NCBI GenBank assembly: GCA_964230645.1
Contig: CAXRHT010000001.1
Span: forward strand, 864,001 to 928,000
Direction of reading: 5' to 3'
DNA length: 64,000 nucleotides
From: Bdellovibrionales bacterium
Lineage (GTDB): Bacteria; Bdellovibrionota; Bdellovibrionia; Bdellovibrionales; JAGQZY01
The notes below the pieces were generated by a model, which searched no databases, was not told where the DNA came from, and saw nothing but the letters and a program-made list of their open reading frames with translations. Every line of letters starts with the position of its first letter. The first letter of the stretch is position 1. Made by a program: the position numbers and the translations under genes. Below are positions 9,072-18,781 of the stretch, piece by piece.

Positions 9072-10328
9072 ATGAAGAAAAAGATATTCGGATTTGTGGT
9101 CGTCTTTATCGCTGGCTTAGCAGCCAGTATGGTTTATCAAAATTGCGGAGGAAGCTCGCTTCGAGCCAATAGCTCTGACAATGATGGTTTAAGAGTGGAT
9201 GTTTCTCCCATGGATCAAGATGGGGATGGTGTTGATGACGATAGTGACCCGACTGGTGGTGGCGGCGGTGGTGGCTCCACCGGGAATCCCGATTTCCGCT
9301 TCAATCTTAATAATGGCGACAATTTCTTTTTTGTCACTGAAAACCCAACAACAGAAGTTCTCTCAACCTCACGAGTGAGTATCAAAAGCTACTACACGAT
9401 TATGGCTTCTCAAATTTTTGAAGCTCCCTCGGTGAGTTTTCAAAGAGACCTTCCCATTCAAAGATATTGTGAAAACTCAGCCCTACCCCACTGTGCTCAC
9501 TTGCAACCTTTTGTTTGCTCAGAGCCCGGATGTTTCGAAGGTCCAACCCCTGTGCGCTGTCACTGGCAGAGACGTATGAGTACAGCAGACATCAACAATA
9601 CTTTTCAAGCCCTTAATGAATTGCGCTTTTTAAATCGAACAGTGGATTCTCAAAACCCGATGATTGAAGGTTGTAATGATCCTATTCTTTCTTTTCATAG
9701 AGCTGAAAGTGACCTTGTGGTTTCACTAGCGGATCGAGGCTGCGTTCCTGATGGTTCTTACTATGCCAATGGGGGATCGGGTGCAGGAATTACAACGATT
9801 TTTGATGCCGATATTCAGCGAGTGGCATCATCCATGGAAAATGACGTCTCTGATCCTGAGTACTGTAACAACTATAGTGTCTACGCTTGGGATACAACCA
9901 AGTGGACCTATCAATCCCGTAGCGGTTTTGTTCCACAAGATCAGTCCTACTTTTACAATGTGGAGTATGAAAACCAAAGAGTGACCATGCGCTATAAAAA
10001 GCCAGGGGATGACACAATTTTCTGTGCCTCAGGAGTTCCAGTACAACCCGCTGAAGTCGATGTCTTTTTCCCTGCTGGAGGAATCCCCTACCAGGTCTTC
10101 AGAACACAATCGGCCATTGCCGATGTTCCCACCACAGAAATCACTTATGAGGATCCTGTGGACGGTGGTGCCGTTTGGAGATTTTTCTTTGACCGCGGTT
10201 CGGCGATGACAAATACCGGAGGAGCTATCATGCATCCTAACCGTGCGGAAGCCATTCGCGATATGATCGAGGATGTTCTCGTCACGGAAGCCGAGAGAAT
10301 CGGAGCCTCGGCCGAGTGTCCTGAATAA
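9072..10328 (+). CDS. Cys-rich exported protein/lipoprotein (YQNC signal)
   Basis: Signal peptide ending VYQNC; D/G-rich linker; many Cys. Confidence 0.75.
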   Translation: MKKKIFGFVVVFIAGLAASMVYQNCGGSSLRANSSDNDGLRVDVSPMDQDGDGVDDDSDPTGGGGGGGSTGNPDFRFNLNNGDNFFFVTENPTTEVLSTSRVSIKSYYTIMASQIFEAPSVSFQRDLPIQRYCENSALPHCAHLQPFVCSEPGCFEGPTPVRCHWQRRMSTADINNTFQALNELRFLNRTVDSQNPMIEGCNDPILSFHRAESDLVVSLADRGCVPDGSYYANGGSGAGITTIFDADIQRVASSMENDVSDPEYCNNYSVYAWDTTKWTYQSRSGFVPQDQSYFYNVEYENQRVTMRYKKPGDDTIFCASGVPVQPAEVDVFFPAGGIPYQVFRTQSAIADVPTTEITYEDPVDGGAVWRFFFDRGSAMTNTGGAIMHPNRAEAIRDMIEDVLVTEAERIGASAECPE

Positions 10329-10330
10329 TT

Positions 10331-11155
10331 TTACTTAGGAATGGCGATCCAAGCTTCGGATTTTGGAAATCCCTTGGGTCGCTTCTCACAGAGTCCCTTA
10401 GATTTCAGAAAAGCCGTATAGGCTGCAATAAAAGATTCAAAAGCAAAAGCGTCTTTCACCATCATCTTAAAATCTCGATGGTAAATAAAACTCAAATCCC
10501 CTTCTGTCCAACGGTCTAAAAAAATCTGTCGAATCTCAGGTCCATGGGTCACAGTTTTGTATTTCAAAAGTTTCGCTTTCGAAACACCCATCTCTTGTCC
10601 CAGACGCCACAGACTCACTTTTGGCACCACTTCAATGACCTGTGGGTCCTTAATTCTTCGTTTAAGATACATGGCTCTAGCCGCCAAGGGCGCTCGGTTG
10701 CTGCCTAAAGCGTGATCGGTGGCAAGATCGGGTTGAATTTCGGTAGAAATATACTGCTCCACACATCTTTCGGTGTAGGGAGTAAAAATTTTGTTCGGTC
10801 TTTTACTGGGCTCACGACTCTTATGCCACTTCCACATCCACTTGATCTCTGGCTCTTGGCATTTTTCATGTCCTGGACATTTCAATCGACAACGCATGCA
10901 TTTTGGCATCTTCAAAGGAGCATCAATAGCGACACTATGAAGTTCTTTTTTATGTTTCTCAAGAATCTGAATAATTTTAGAGTCGGCAGAGAGCTTTTCG
11001 CTCTCTTCAATTTTATCGTAGAGATGGGAGAGAAAAAGCTTCTTTTCTTTGACGTAATACTCAATGATCGCCAAACAAGTTTTACGGCCTTTACCCCCTC
11101 CGAGAGTGAGTCCGGCAAACTTGATCACTTTAAATTTCTTTTTCTTCGAACTCAT
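10331..11155 (-). CDS. DUF429-like (RNase H-fold) protein
   Basis: VAIDAPL, IEVVPK, DAF..FIAAYTA, C-terminal WIAIP. Confidence 0.7.
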   Translation of the reverse strand: MSSKKKKFKVIKFAGLTLGGGKGRKTCLAIIEYYVKEKKLFLSHLYDKIEESEKLSADSKIIQILEKHKKELHSVAIDAPLKMPKCMRCRLKCPGHEKCQEPEIKWMWKWHKSREPSKRPNKIFTPYTERCVEQYISTEIQPDLATDHALGSNRAPLAARAMYLKRRIKDPQVIEVVPKVSLWRLGQEMGVSKAKLLKYKTVTHGPEIRQIFLDRWTEGDLSFIYHRDFKMMVKDAFAFESFIAAYTAFLKSKGLCEKRPKGFPKSEAWIAIPK

Positions 11156-11195
11156 AGTTTAAACTTTAGATAGAGGTTTAATGAAATTCCTTATT

Positions 11196-12182
11196 TTAAA
11201 CAAGCTTGGCATCAAGATGACGAAAGCCCTCTTTCTCACAGGCCTTTATCACTTGCTCTCTCTTCTCGGGCGTAGACCAAATAAAAACGCAGCCACCACC
11301 GCCCGCTCCACAGATCTTAATGGCCTCGCCACCATTACTCAAAGCAATCTCTGCTAATTTTTCGATCTCAGGAGAGGAAAAGCTCTCGGCCAAATCCATA
11401 CGCGCTTCATACTCCTCTTTAAAAAGAGTCGGAATTTCTTCCCAGTTTTCTTCCGAGATCAGTTTTTTCATTTTACTGGAAACTTGAGCGATTCCTTTTA
11501 GAGCGAGTACGGTTTTCTTATCACCATCGATAAACTTTTTTAAAACCTGCCAGTTGTTAATGCCACTATGATGAGATTTTCCTGTGTAAAAAATTGAAAT
11601 GCGGTCATTAAGATTAAGCTTCTCTACGGAAACTCTCTCAACTCTTGGCCAACCAAACTCATAGTCAATAATATTGATTCCTCCCTCAATGGGAGGGAAA
11701 TAATCTTGTGTCCCTGTGGGAGTTTTTAAAATTTTTGCTTCAATCCCTGAGCAAGCTCGAACGATTTCATACTCATCCACTTTTTTTTGGGTGGCTTTCA
11801 TAAAAGCTTTGAAAATGGAAATTGATAGACTGGAACTTCCACCCAGGCCTCCTCCAACGGGAGAATCACTTTGGGTGTACATATCAAATCCAAATTCAGG
11901 CTTCCAGTACTCAATATGATTTCTAAAAAGAGAGAATTCACTCTCCTCACATTCTAAGCAGTCTTTTAAGCTATTAAACTCGAATGTTTTACCAAGCTCT
12001 CTTGATTCAATGCTAATTTTCTTGTCATCCCTCAGTGCCAAATCACATTGGGTCATAATACTAATGCCCACATTGATTGTGGTGACAGGTGAAAGAAGGG
12101 CGTTTATGGGCCAGCAGTCCAAAGTCCCTCCAGAGAGATCAATACGAGTGGGTGATTTTATTGAAATTTTATTGTTCGACAC
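11196..12182 (-). CDS. GHMP-family sugar kinase (heptose-7-P kinase/galactokinase-like)
   Basis: SPTRIDLSGGTLD, PVGGGLGGSSS, GTQDY, KICGAGGGG. Confidence 0.88.
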   Translation of the reverse strand: MSNNKISIKSPTRIDLSGGTLDCWPINALLSPVTTINVGISIMTQCDLALRDDKKISIESRELGKTFEFNSLKDCLECEESEFSLFRNHIEYWKPEFGFDMYTQSDSPVGGGLGGSSSLSISIFKAFMKATQKKVDEYEIVRACSGIEAKILKTPTGTQDYFPPIEGGINIIDYEFGWPRVERVSVEKLNLNDRISIFYTGKSHHSGINNWQVLKKFIDGDKKTVLALKGIAQVSSKMKKLISEENWEEIPTLFKEEYEARMDLAESFSSPEIEKLAEIALSNGGEAIKICGAGGGGCVFIWSTPEKREQVIKACEKEGFRHLDAKLV

Positions 12183-13062
12183 TATTTACAACCCTTTCAA
12201 TTTCTTCATGAAGTGATTGTATCGAACGATCCGCTAGATCGGCAAAAACATTAATGCTGGGTATATAGATCTTGTCACTGTTGTCAGAAAAAACAAATAT
12301 TATGTTACCCTTTTCAGTCTCAACTCGAAGCTCTTTTGTTCCCTGCATTGGGTTTTTCTTGTTAAAACTGTGGTTGGAAAGGGTGACCTCGCGGATCTTT
12401 TTAAAAAACCAAATCCACTGCTCTTTAGGAGAATCAAAATTTTCCCCTTTATAAAAAAGAGTCATCATCTTTTTTGATTTCGAACTAAGCCCCCAAACTT
12501 TCACTCCTGACTCAAAGTACTCCACTTTTTTGACCGCCTCCCCGGGAATGGGAAGATAAGGCGTGTAGAATTTTTCAATGCCATTAAAAAGAAACTGCGA
12601 CCAGATATTATGAACAACGTATATATATTCGGAGTCTTTGTTTAAAACATAGATATTACTCCCCGGCGCTTCCACATCTCCGACCACCAAACGCTTTTCG
12701 CCGTGATCCTTGTACTGAAAACGAAACAAAGCCTCCCCAGGATCTACGCCATAATGATCCTCCGTAAGTCTAAAGCGCTCAATAGGAGGCGTTTCCGACA
12801 TGATTTGTAGGTTTCTCTCAATAAACCTCTGATTGGCTAAATACCTATGCGGCTCACTCACCCACCAAAAGTCTTCTTCTTTGACAAGCTTAACCTCAAG
12901 GGTGGCTGTGGTGATGGTAAAACTCTGAATGTCAGCAACATTTTCCAGTAGAGTATCTTCTATTTTTGCAAGGGGGTCCTTTTCTTTATTAGCTTTGACC
13001 ACGTAGTAAGCAATACCCACAAGAAAAAGAAAAACGGAAAAAAGTAGGCCGACTTTCTTCAA
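12169..13062 (-). CDS. DUF4340-like membrane-anchored protein
   Basis: N-terminal TM, W.V..P..Y.A, YGVD, position after GldG-like gene. Confidence 0.65.
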   Translation of the reverse strand: MKKVGLLFSVFLFLVGIAYYVVKANKEKDPLAKIEDTLLENVADIQSFTITTATLEVKLVKEEDFWWVSEPHRYLANQRFIERNLQIMSETPPIERFRLTEDHYGVDPGEALFRFQYKDHGEKRLVVGDVEAPGSNIYVLNKDSEYIYVVHNIWSQFLFNGIEKFYTPYLPIPGEAVKKVEYFESGVKVWGLSSKSKKMMTLFYKGENFDSPKEQWIWFFKKIREVTLSNHSFNKKNPMQGTKELRVETEKGNIIFVFSDNSDKIYIPSINVFADLADRSIQSLHEEIERVVNSVEQ

Positions 13063-14558
13063 AAAAGTCTCCGTAGTTTAAAGAAGACAGCAATCACAAA
13101 AAAGATCAGACAAAAAGGCAAAACAAAGAAAAGAAAGTAAAGATTCATTTGAGTCTGACTGAGAATCAAGTAGGTGGTCTCGGCACTGGGAATTTTAAGA
13201 CGCAAAAGATCTTCATCTTTTGAAAGAAAAGCCACAAGACTAATAAGAAAATCAAAATTCCCTGGCCTTGAATAAAATTGATTGGTCACAAAATCACTGT
13301 CACCCACTACTGCCAAGCGAAAAAGAGGATCGGTTAATCCCTCAGCCACCACCGCAGCCAATTGCTTACCTTCATCGATCACCTCACTTTTCGGATCGAT
13401 ATCTTCTCTGGCTACAGAGTTTGGCAGATGCTCTAAAACCGGACGAATCATAAAGTCTTCTTTAAAGTCCTCTATAATCTCAACACTTGAGGATATAAAA
13501 AAAGCCGGATTTTGCCCAGGAACCAAAGACTGAGCCACCTCATGACTGGCCTCCCCTTTATGAGTCAATACTAATAGATCCGACTGGGTGGCCTGAGCTT
13601 GTTGTGAGAAAATAAAGTTTTTAGGGAGGTGAACACCGAACTCGTTCAAGAGTACATTCACTTGATGGTCTTCTCCAGGATCAGCCGCCACAAGAAGATG
13701 TCCTCCATTTCTTAGATAGGCATCAAGAATCGAGCGATCTTTTTCCCCGAGAGGCTTTCTGGGACCAACCATCACGAGCATCGCTGCATCCTCGGGGATC
13801 ACATCCAAAGAATCTAAAGAAGCCGTTTCGTAGTGAAGCCTTTCAAGCTGATCATTCACTCCTTTAAGACCAAAGGTCGACTCATCTTCAATCTTTCTCT
13901 CGTCATGAGCCTGAACAAAGTATATTTTCTTTGGAGGCTTAGTGAGCTTTAACAAAGTATTAGTAATGGCTCTGGTATCAAGACCCGTGACTCTTTGGAT
14001 TCGCCCTTTGTATTCAGCAAAAAGAGTGGACTCCTCATCGCCCACTTTAAATTTTTTCGCTAGATCGGGGCGTTGAAAAACAGAGTAGCTTTGTAGATGA
14101 ATGTTCCTATTGAGTTCTTGATAGGGCTCAAGAGCAGTTTGTACTTGAGCCTCAAAGCCTCTGACTTTCTCGTTGCCTGTATGAAAATAGTAAAAGTTAA
14201 GATCCTCTGGTAGAGCTTTAACAATAGCCTGAGTCAATTTCGGGAGACTATGAATCTTGTTGGCAGTAATATCCACTTTTTGATCAACCTGCTGAAAAAT
14301 CACATTCACAGTAACGGCAATGGCTAAAACTAAAACACTAATAAGGGCAGATTTGGCAAGAAAGTGTAGAGACTCTGATTTTAAGACGGCTTTTAAAAAG
14401 CGAAAGTTGATAATCAAGGCAAAGAATAAAAAGAAGAGCCCAAACCCCACTCCCGCACTCACATAGGGCATCCAACCGGAAAACGCCAGCTTCAAACCAA
14501 AAGTGATAAGAAAACAAAATAAAGAAAGAATCAGGGAGACTTTGCCTAATGTATTCAA
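13059..14558 (-). CDS. GldG-like ABC transporter auxiliary protein
   Basis: DITANKIHSL, KIYFVQAHDE, YLRNGG, VVGDSDF; TTG start at 14558 with GGAGG RBS. Confidence 0.8.
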   Translation of the reverse strand: MNTLGKVSLILSLFCFLITFGLKLAFSGWMPYVSAGVGFGLFFLFFALIINFRFLKAVLKSESLHFLAKSALISVLVLAIAVTVNVIFQQVDQKVDITANKIHSLPKLTQAIVKALPEDLNFYYFHTGNEKVRGFEAQVQTALEPYQELNRNIHLQSYSVFQRPDLAKKFKVGDEESTLFAEYKGRIQRVTGLDTRAITNTLLKLTKPPKKIYFVQAHDERKIEDESTFGLKGVNDQLERLHYETASLDSLDVIPEDAAMLVMVGPRKPLGEKDRSILDAYLRNGGHLLVAADPGEDHQVNVLLNEFGVHLPKNFIFSQQAQATQSDLLVLTHKGEASHEVAQSLVPGQNPAFFISSSVEIIEDFKEDFMIRPVLEHLPNSVAREDIDPKSEVIDEGKQLAAVVAEGLTDPLFRLAVVGDSDFVTNQFYSRPGNFDFLISLVAFLSKDEDLLRLKIPSAETTYLILSQTQMNLYFLFFVLPFCLIFFVIAVFFKLRRLF

Positions 14559-14559
14559 A

Positions 14560-15330
14560 CTACCTCCACCTATTGTATTCAACCACTCGCTCGGTCAAAA
14601 GACTTAAGAAAAAAGACCAACTTAAAAAATAAAAGATCGATGAGAGGCTCACGATTCCTTTTCGAAAATTGAGGAAATGGTAATCAAAAGACATATAATG
14701 AAAAACCTGCTGTAAAAAAAGCGAGTCAGTGAGACCCCTGCCCACTCCAAGTAGAAGAAGGAAGATACTGGTCACAAGAGTCAAAACGACACAGACAATC
14801 AAAGACTCGGTGAGGCTTGAGGCCAACATCGCCACACTCATATAGACACAGAGAACAATAAACACTCCGATATAACTAAGGAAGAAAAGTCCCAAGGGGA
14901 TTTCAACGAAAAAAAGTAGGGAGAGCGGGTAAATGGCTGAAACTAAAAGAAGAAAGAAGATATAAAAAGCCCCGACCAGCCACTTTGAAAGCACAATCTG
15001 CCAAGAGGTCATGGGACTCGTTAATAAAATAGGAAAAGTTCTCATCTTTTTTTCTTCTGCAAAAAAGCGAATACTTAAAGAGGCAATAACAAAAACCAAA
15101 ACATAGTGAACGATGACGACATAAGAAGAAATCAAATTTTGATGAATGTTAAGACCGGAATCTTTCACTTGTGTTGAGAGTTGGTAAGACCTCTGTACGA
15201 AAGCAAAAACCTCAAAGGCAAAAAAGAGCCCCCACAGAGAGGCACAAAGGCCTGTAAGGAAGTAAAACATGGGACTCGTTAAAAGAGACTTAATATCTTT
15301 TCTTAGAATGGCAAATACGGGAGCCATCAT
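14560..15330 (-). CDS. ABC-2 permease (GldF-like)
   Basis: Multi-TM; FAEEKKMRTF.ILLTSP, IVLSKW. Confidence 0.85.
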   Translation of the reverse strand: MMAPVFAILRKDIKSLLTSPMFYFLTGLCASLWGLFFAFEVFAFVQRSYQLSTQVKDSGLNIHQNLISSYVVIVHYVLVFVIASLSIRFFAEEKKMRTFPILLTSPMTSWQIVLSKWLVGAFYIFFLLLVSAIYPLSLLFFVEIPLGLFFLSYIGVFIVLCVYMSVAMLASSLTESLIVCVVLTLVTSIFLLLLGVGRGLTDSLFLQQVFHYMSFDYHFLNFRKGIVSLSSIFYFLSWSFFLSLLTERVVEYNRWR

Positions 15331-16241
15331 CTTGTCACCTCGATAAAGACATCCTCAAGTTGCTGATGTTTTTGAGTCACGGACTGCACCCCACACTTGT
15401 GTTTGATAATTTCACTCAAATAAAGGTCTAAATTGTTGACTCCCTCTTCAAGCAGATGAAGCTGAAGAGTGGACTGATTGAGTTGCACTTGATTGACAGC
15501 GGGTAGCTTTTCAAGGTTTTTCAAAAGCTCGTCCGTACTTTTCTGCACTTGTATTTCTACCAAGTGAGTGGCCTGCCGGGCTTTTAAAAGTTCATTTAAG
15601 CTCCCTTTTGCTTTCACCACACCTTTATCAAGAATGACGACATCATCGCAGATCTGCTGCACCTCTGAGAGAATATGAGTGGAGAGCACAATGATATGGT
15701 TCTTTTTTAAGGACTTGATGATTTCACGCAGCTCATAAACCTGATGGGGATCCAATCCCACAGAAGGCTCATCAAGTATTAGAATTTTAGGTTCCCCGAT
15801 GAGAGTTTGGGAAATACCCACTCTTTGTCGAAAACCTTTTGAAAGAACACGGATAGGACGATAAGCCACCTCATTTAAAGTCATTTTCGCAATGGCTTGA
15901 TCGATCTGTTCTTCCCACTGGTTTTTGGGAACGGATTTCAGTCCACAAATAAAACGAAGATAGTCCACCACTTTGAGCTCTTCATAAAGGGGCGGAGTTT
16001 CTGGCAGATAACCAATTCTTTTTTTCGCTTCTACGGGCTCTTTTAAAATATCAAAGCCGTCAATTTTGACATGCCCCTCTGTGGAACAGAGAAGTCCCGT
16101 CATAATTTTCATAGTGGTGGATTTTCCAGCCCCGTTGGGACCAAGAAGACCGAGAGAGCGCCCCTCCTTGACGGACCAGGTGTTTTCTCTGAGCGCCCAT
16201 TGATCGGCGAACTTTTTACTTAAAGATTGAACTTCAATCAT
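15327..16241 (-). CDS. ABC transporter ATP-binding protein (GldA-like)
   Basis: GPNGAGKST, LSKGFRQRV, ILDEP, STH. Confidence 0.93.
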   Translation of the reverse strand: MIEVQSLSKKFADQWALRENTWSVKEGRSLGLLGPNGAGKSTTMKIMTGLLCSTEGHVKIDGFDILKEPVEAKKRIGYLPETPPLYEELKVVDYLRFICGLKSVPKNQWEEQIDQAIAKMTLNEVAYRPIRVLSKGFRQRVGISQTLIGEPKILILDEPSVGLDPHQVYELREIIKSLKKNHIIVLSTHILSEVQQICDDVVILDKGVVKAKGSLNELLKARQATHLVEIQVQKSTDELLKNLEKLPAVNQVQLNQSTLQLHLLEEGVNNLDLYLSEIIKHKCGVQSVTQKHQQLEDVFIEVTR

Positions 16242-16258
16242 TTCCCCACCTCAAGAGT

Positions 16259-17485
16259 CTAAACCCTTACACCCACTACTTTTTCATGGGAATAGGTGAC
16301 TTGTCCAGATTTTGCCCCCTTTATGGGCCGCACATAACGGCATTCGGCATAGAGACATTCAAACTTTCCTTGAGCCCCCTTAGGAAGGGACTGAGCGATC
16401 ACCTTTTGAGCCGCTTCCATCACAATTTGTGGCTTTGGCTCGCCCGATTTTTTATCTCTCTCTAAAATACCATGGGCTCCAGGATAATCTTTAATATGAA
16501 GCCATAGGTACCAAGGCTTAGCCTTTCTAAGAAGCTTTAAATTGTCGGCTCCTGAACGCCCAATAAAGAGGCGATGACCATCGATTTCGTAAGTCTTCCC
16601 TTTAAGCTCTGCTTTTTTGAGAAGGCTTGGTGGCACTTCTTTTTTCTTAGCCCCTTTGCCCCGTTCAAGCTCTGAAATTTCTTTTTTAAGAATATCGATT
16701 CTTTCTTTGGTGCCCTCAAGCTTTCCCTTATTTTTTTTAGCTTGGGAAAATATATTTTCAATATTCCATGAAAGGCTTTTTGAGGAGTCGATAAAAGTGC
16801 CAAATTCTTCGGGCACCTGGGTTAAACTCTGCTGCTGCTTGATCCACTCCCCGGCTTTTTCCAATAAGTTTTCAGACAGCTCTTCTAATTTCTCTTCCAT
16901 TTTCTTAAGGCCTTTTTTCTTTTTCTTAAGATCTTTTTTTATTTCCCCACTCTCAGCATTACTTTTGTCTTTTTGGGTTTTGTTTTCTTTCTGCCAAAGG
17001 TCTTTAAAAAAACTGGGCTCTCGTAGTTTGGAGTCCTCATAAGTATCATTCGGAGCGGGCTCAATATCTTTTGGTTTGAAAGCAGAGATTTGCTTACTCC
17101 CCTTATAAAGGGTGACATTCACCTTCCCTGGGATTAGGCTTATTTCCATAAAGTTTTCCTGGTCAGCAGAAAAGTAAAAACGGACAAGCCGTCCAAGCGC
17201 TTCAACCCTTTCGACTTTTACTAAATCAAGACCCTTAAAATGACTTTTGAAGAATAACTGAATGGGCTTTTTTTTATCTTTGATAAGAAAAATTCGCTCT
17301 TTTGAGAAAAAGAAGTAAGGCTTGCCACCCTTCAACCGAAAACTCATCCACAGCCAGTCATTAGGACCTGAGATCTGAATCTGAAGGACTTTTTCGTCAA
17401 ATAAAAGGTTACTCCACTGCCAACCGTAAAAAGAGGAAATGTTTTTTAAAATCAGATCCATTTCTTTTTCTGTTTGAGCCTGCAT
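16259..17485 (-). CDS. NFACT/FbpA (DUF814) RNA-binding domain protein
   Basis: IGRSGADN..L, WLHIKDYPGAH, G.VTY C-terminal NFACT-R pattern; start inferred at 17485. Confidence 0.75.
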   Translation of the reverse strand: MQAQTEKEMDLILKNISSFYGWQWSNLLFDEKVLQIQISGPNDWLWMSFRLKGGKPYFFFSKERIFLIKDKKKPIQLFFKSHFKGLDLVKVERVEALGRLVRFYFSADQENFMEISLIPGKVNVTLYKGSKQISAFKPKDIEPAPNDTYEDSKLREPSFFKDLWQKENKTQKDKSNAESGEIKKDLKKKKKGLKKMEEKLEELSENLLEKAGEWIKQQQSLTQVPEEFGTFIDSSKSLSWNIENIFSQAKKNKGKLEGTKERIDILKKEISELERGKGAKKKEVPPSLLKKAELKGKTYEIDGHRLFIGRSGADNLKLLRKAKPWYLWLHIKDYPGAHGILERDKKSGEPKPQIVMEAAQKVIAQSLPKGAQGKFECLYAECRYVRPIKGAKSGQVTYSHEKVVGVRV

Positions 17486-17492
17486 AAAAGAA

Positions 17493-17521
17493 ATCATCCC
17501 ACAAGGGTTTTGAGAATGCAA
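17493..17521 (-). promoter_or_regulatory. Sigma70-like promoter 7 nt before ATG (leaderless candidate)
   Basis: TTGCAT-N17-GATGAT with extended TG, 7 nt, ATG 17485. Confidence 0.45.
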
Positions 17522-17550
17522 AGCACTCTCCCACACAGGCATTAAAAAAT

Positions 17551-17587
17551 AAAAAAAGCCCACGCTTTAAACGGGGGCTTTTTTTTA
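17551..17587. terminator. Intrinsic terminator (bidirectional-looking)
   Basis: A7-GCCC..GGGC-T9 hairpin downstream of 17611-18435. Confidence 0.7.
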
Positions 17588-17610
17588 ATTCTATTACTAT
17601 TTTTTTCAAA

Positions 17611-18435
17611 TTATAGACTGTCTCCAGGTCCTACAGGTTCTGGCCAACGAAACTCTGTTTCAGGCTCAATGAAAGTTCCCGTCTGTCCTCCAAAAGGATC
17701 AACAACCGTACCATCTTCATCATTGTCGTTTTCGGTTCCGAAGTTGTTATCGACACAATGGTTCTGCAGATAAGACATAGGCTCAAGAGCCGCTCTTGTT
17801 TCCTCAGCATTAATTTGTACCTGACGAGAGATATAGTTACGAGTGATGGAACGTGAACCTCGCACGTCATTACCATCTTTTTCAAGTCCAATAAAAGCGA
17901 TAGCATCCGTGGTATCGTCACCTTGGCGGCGAATAATAGCCATCATTTCATCACAGTTTTCAATGGTGCACTCAAGTAAGACTTCATAGAGACCATTGTT
18001 TCCTGCAACGATACGCTCACCACTTGTGAGACGATTGTAATCAACATTACTGTCAAAAATCTCTGTGCGTTCGTTGTTTTCACAACCTGTCAGTAAAAGC
18101 GATCTTGCTGATGTGTTTTCAGAAGCTCCACCAGGGTGCTCTGTGGTTCTTAGTTCTAATCCGAAAGCTTTAATATCAAGTACAAAGCGCAGAACTGTGG
18201 CTAGATCTAATCCACCTAGCTCGTTACTGAAAGAATCATAAATACTTTGATCCACTTCAGGAGCTGTTTGACCAGGGGGCGTGCGCTCAATGTCCTCTTC
18301 GACAGCGGCATTATCAGCAGTCACACCTTCTAAATTCCTTGCCTCAAAACCTTCTCCGCAAGCTGTTAGTAATCCAAAACAAGTCGCCATTAGAAAAACC
18401 ATAAGGCTAGACAATGTTTTATTTAGGGTTTTCAT
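17611..18435 (-). CDS. Hypothetical lipoprotein, paralog of 3477-4256
   Basis: LTAC lipobox; AAGGAG RBS; CTIENCDEMM segment. Confidence 0.75.
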   Translation of the reverse strand: MKTLNKTLSSLMVFLMATCFGLLTACGEGFEARNLEGVTADNAAVEEDIERTPPGQTAPEVDQSIYDSFSNELGGLDLATVLRFVLDIKAFGLELRTTEHPGGASENTSARSLLLTGCENNERTEIFDSNVDYNRLTSGERIVAGNNGLYEVLLECTIENCDEMMAIIRRQGDDTTDAIAFIGLEKDGNDVRGSRSITRNYISRQVQINAEETRAALEPMSYLQNHCVDNNFGTENDNDEDGTVVDPFGGQTGTFIEPETEFRWPEPVGPGDSL

Positions 18436-18466
18436 TTATTTCTCCTTGATTAACACCCTTTATATG

Positions 18467-18483
18467 TGCAAAGGCAGTACCAA
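18467..18483 (-). promoter_or_regulatory. Sigma54 promoter candidate
   Basis: TTGGTACTGCCTTTGCA = GG-N10-GC. Confidence 0.65.
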
Positions 18484-18781
18484 AAAGAGACAGCAAAAAC
18501 TCAATATTTTTAGCTATTTATACTTTTAGCAACGATAACTCTTTAACTTAATCGCAAAATTGTCACCTCATCTGCAAAAAGTTTTTTCACTCAAAAATGG
18601 AAGCGATATAAGAAAGGACTGTTATAAAAATTCATTGATTCAACTTTGAATCACTTAAAAGTTCTGATTAAATTTGAAGTCAGAACATTAAAAAGTGATT
18701 GAAAATTATATTAGCCAGTTGAACTGGCAGGAGGTTCACTCAACTGCCAGCAAAATGTTTTAGATGAATGAATTCCGGGTT

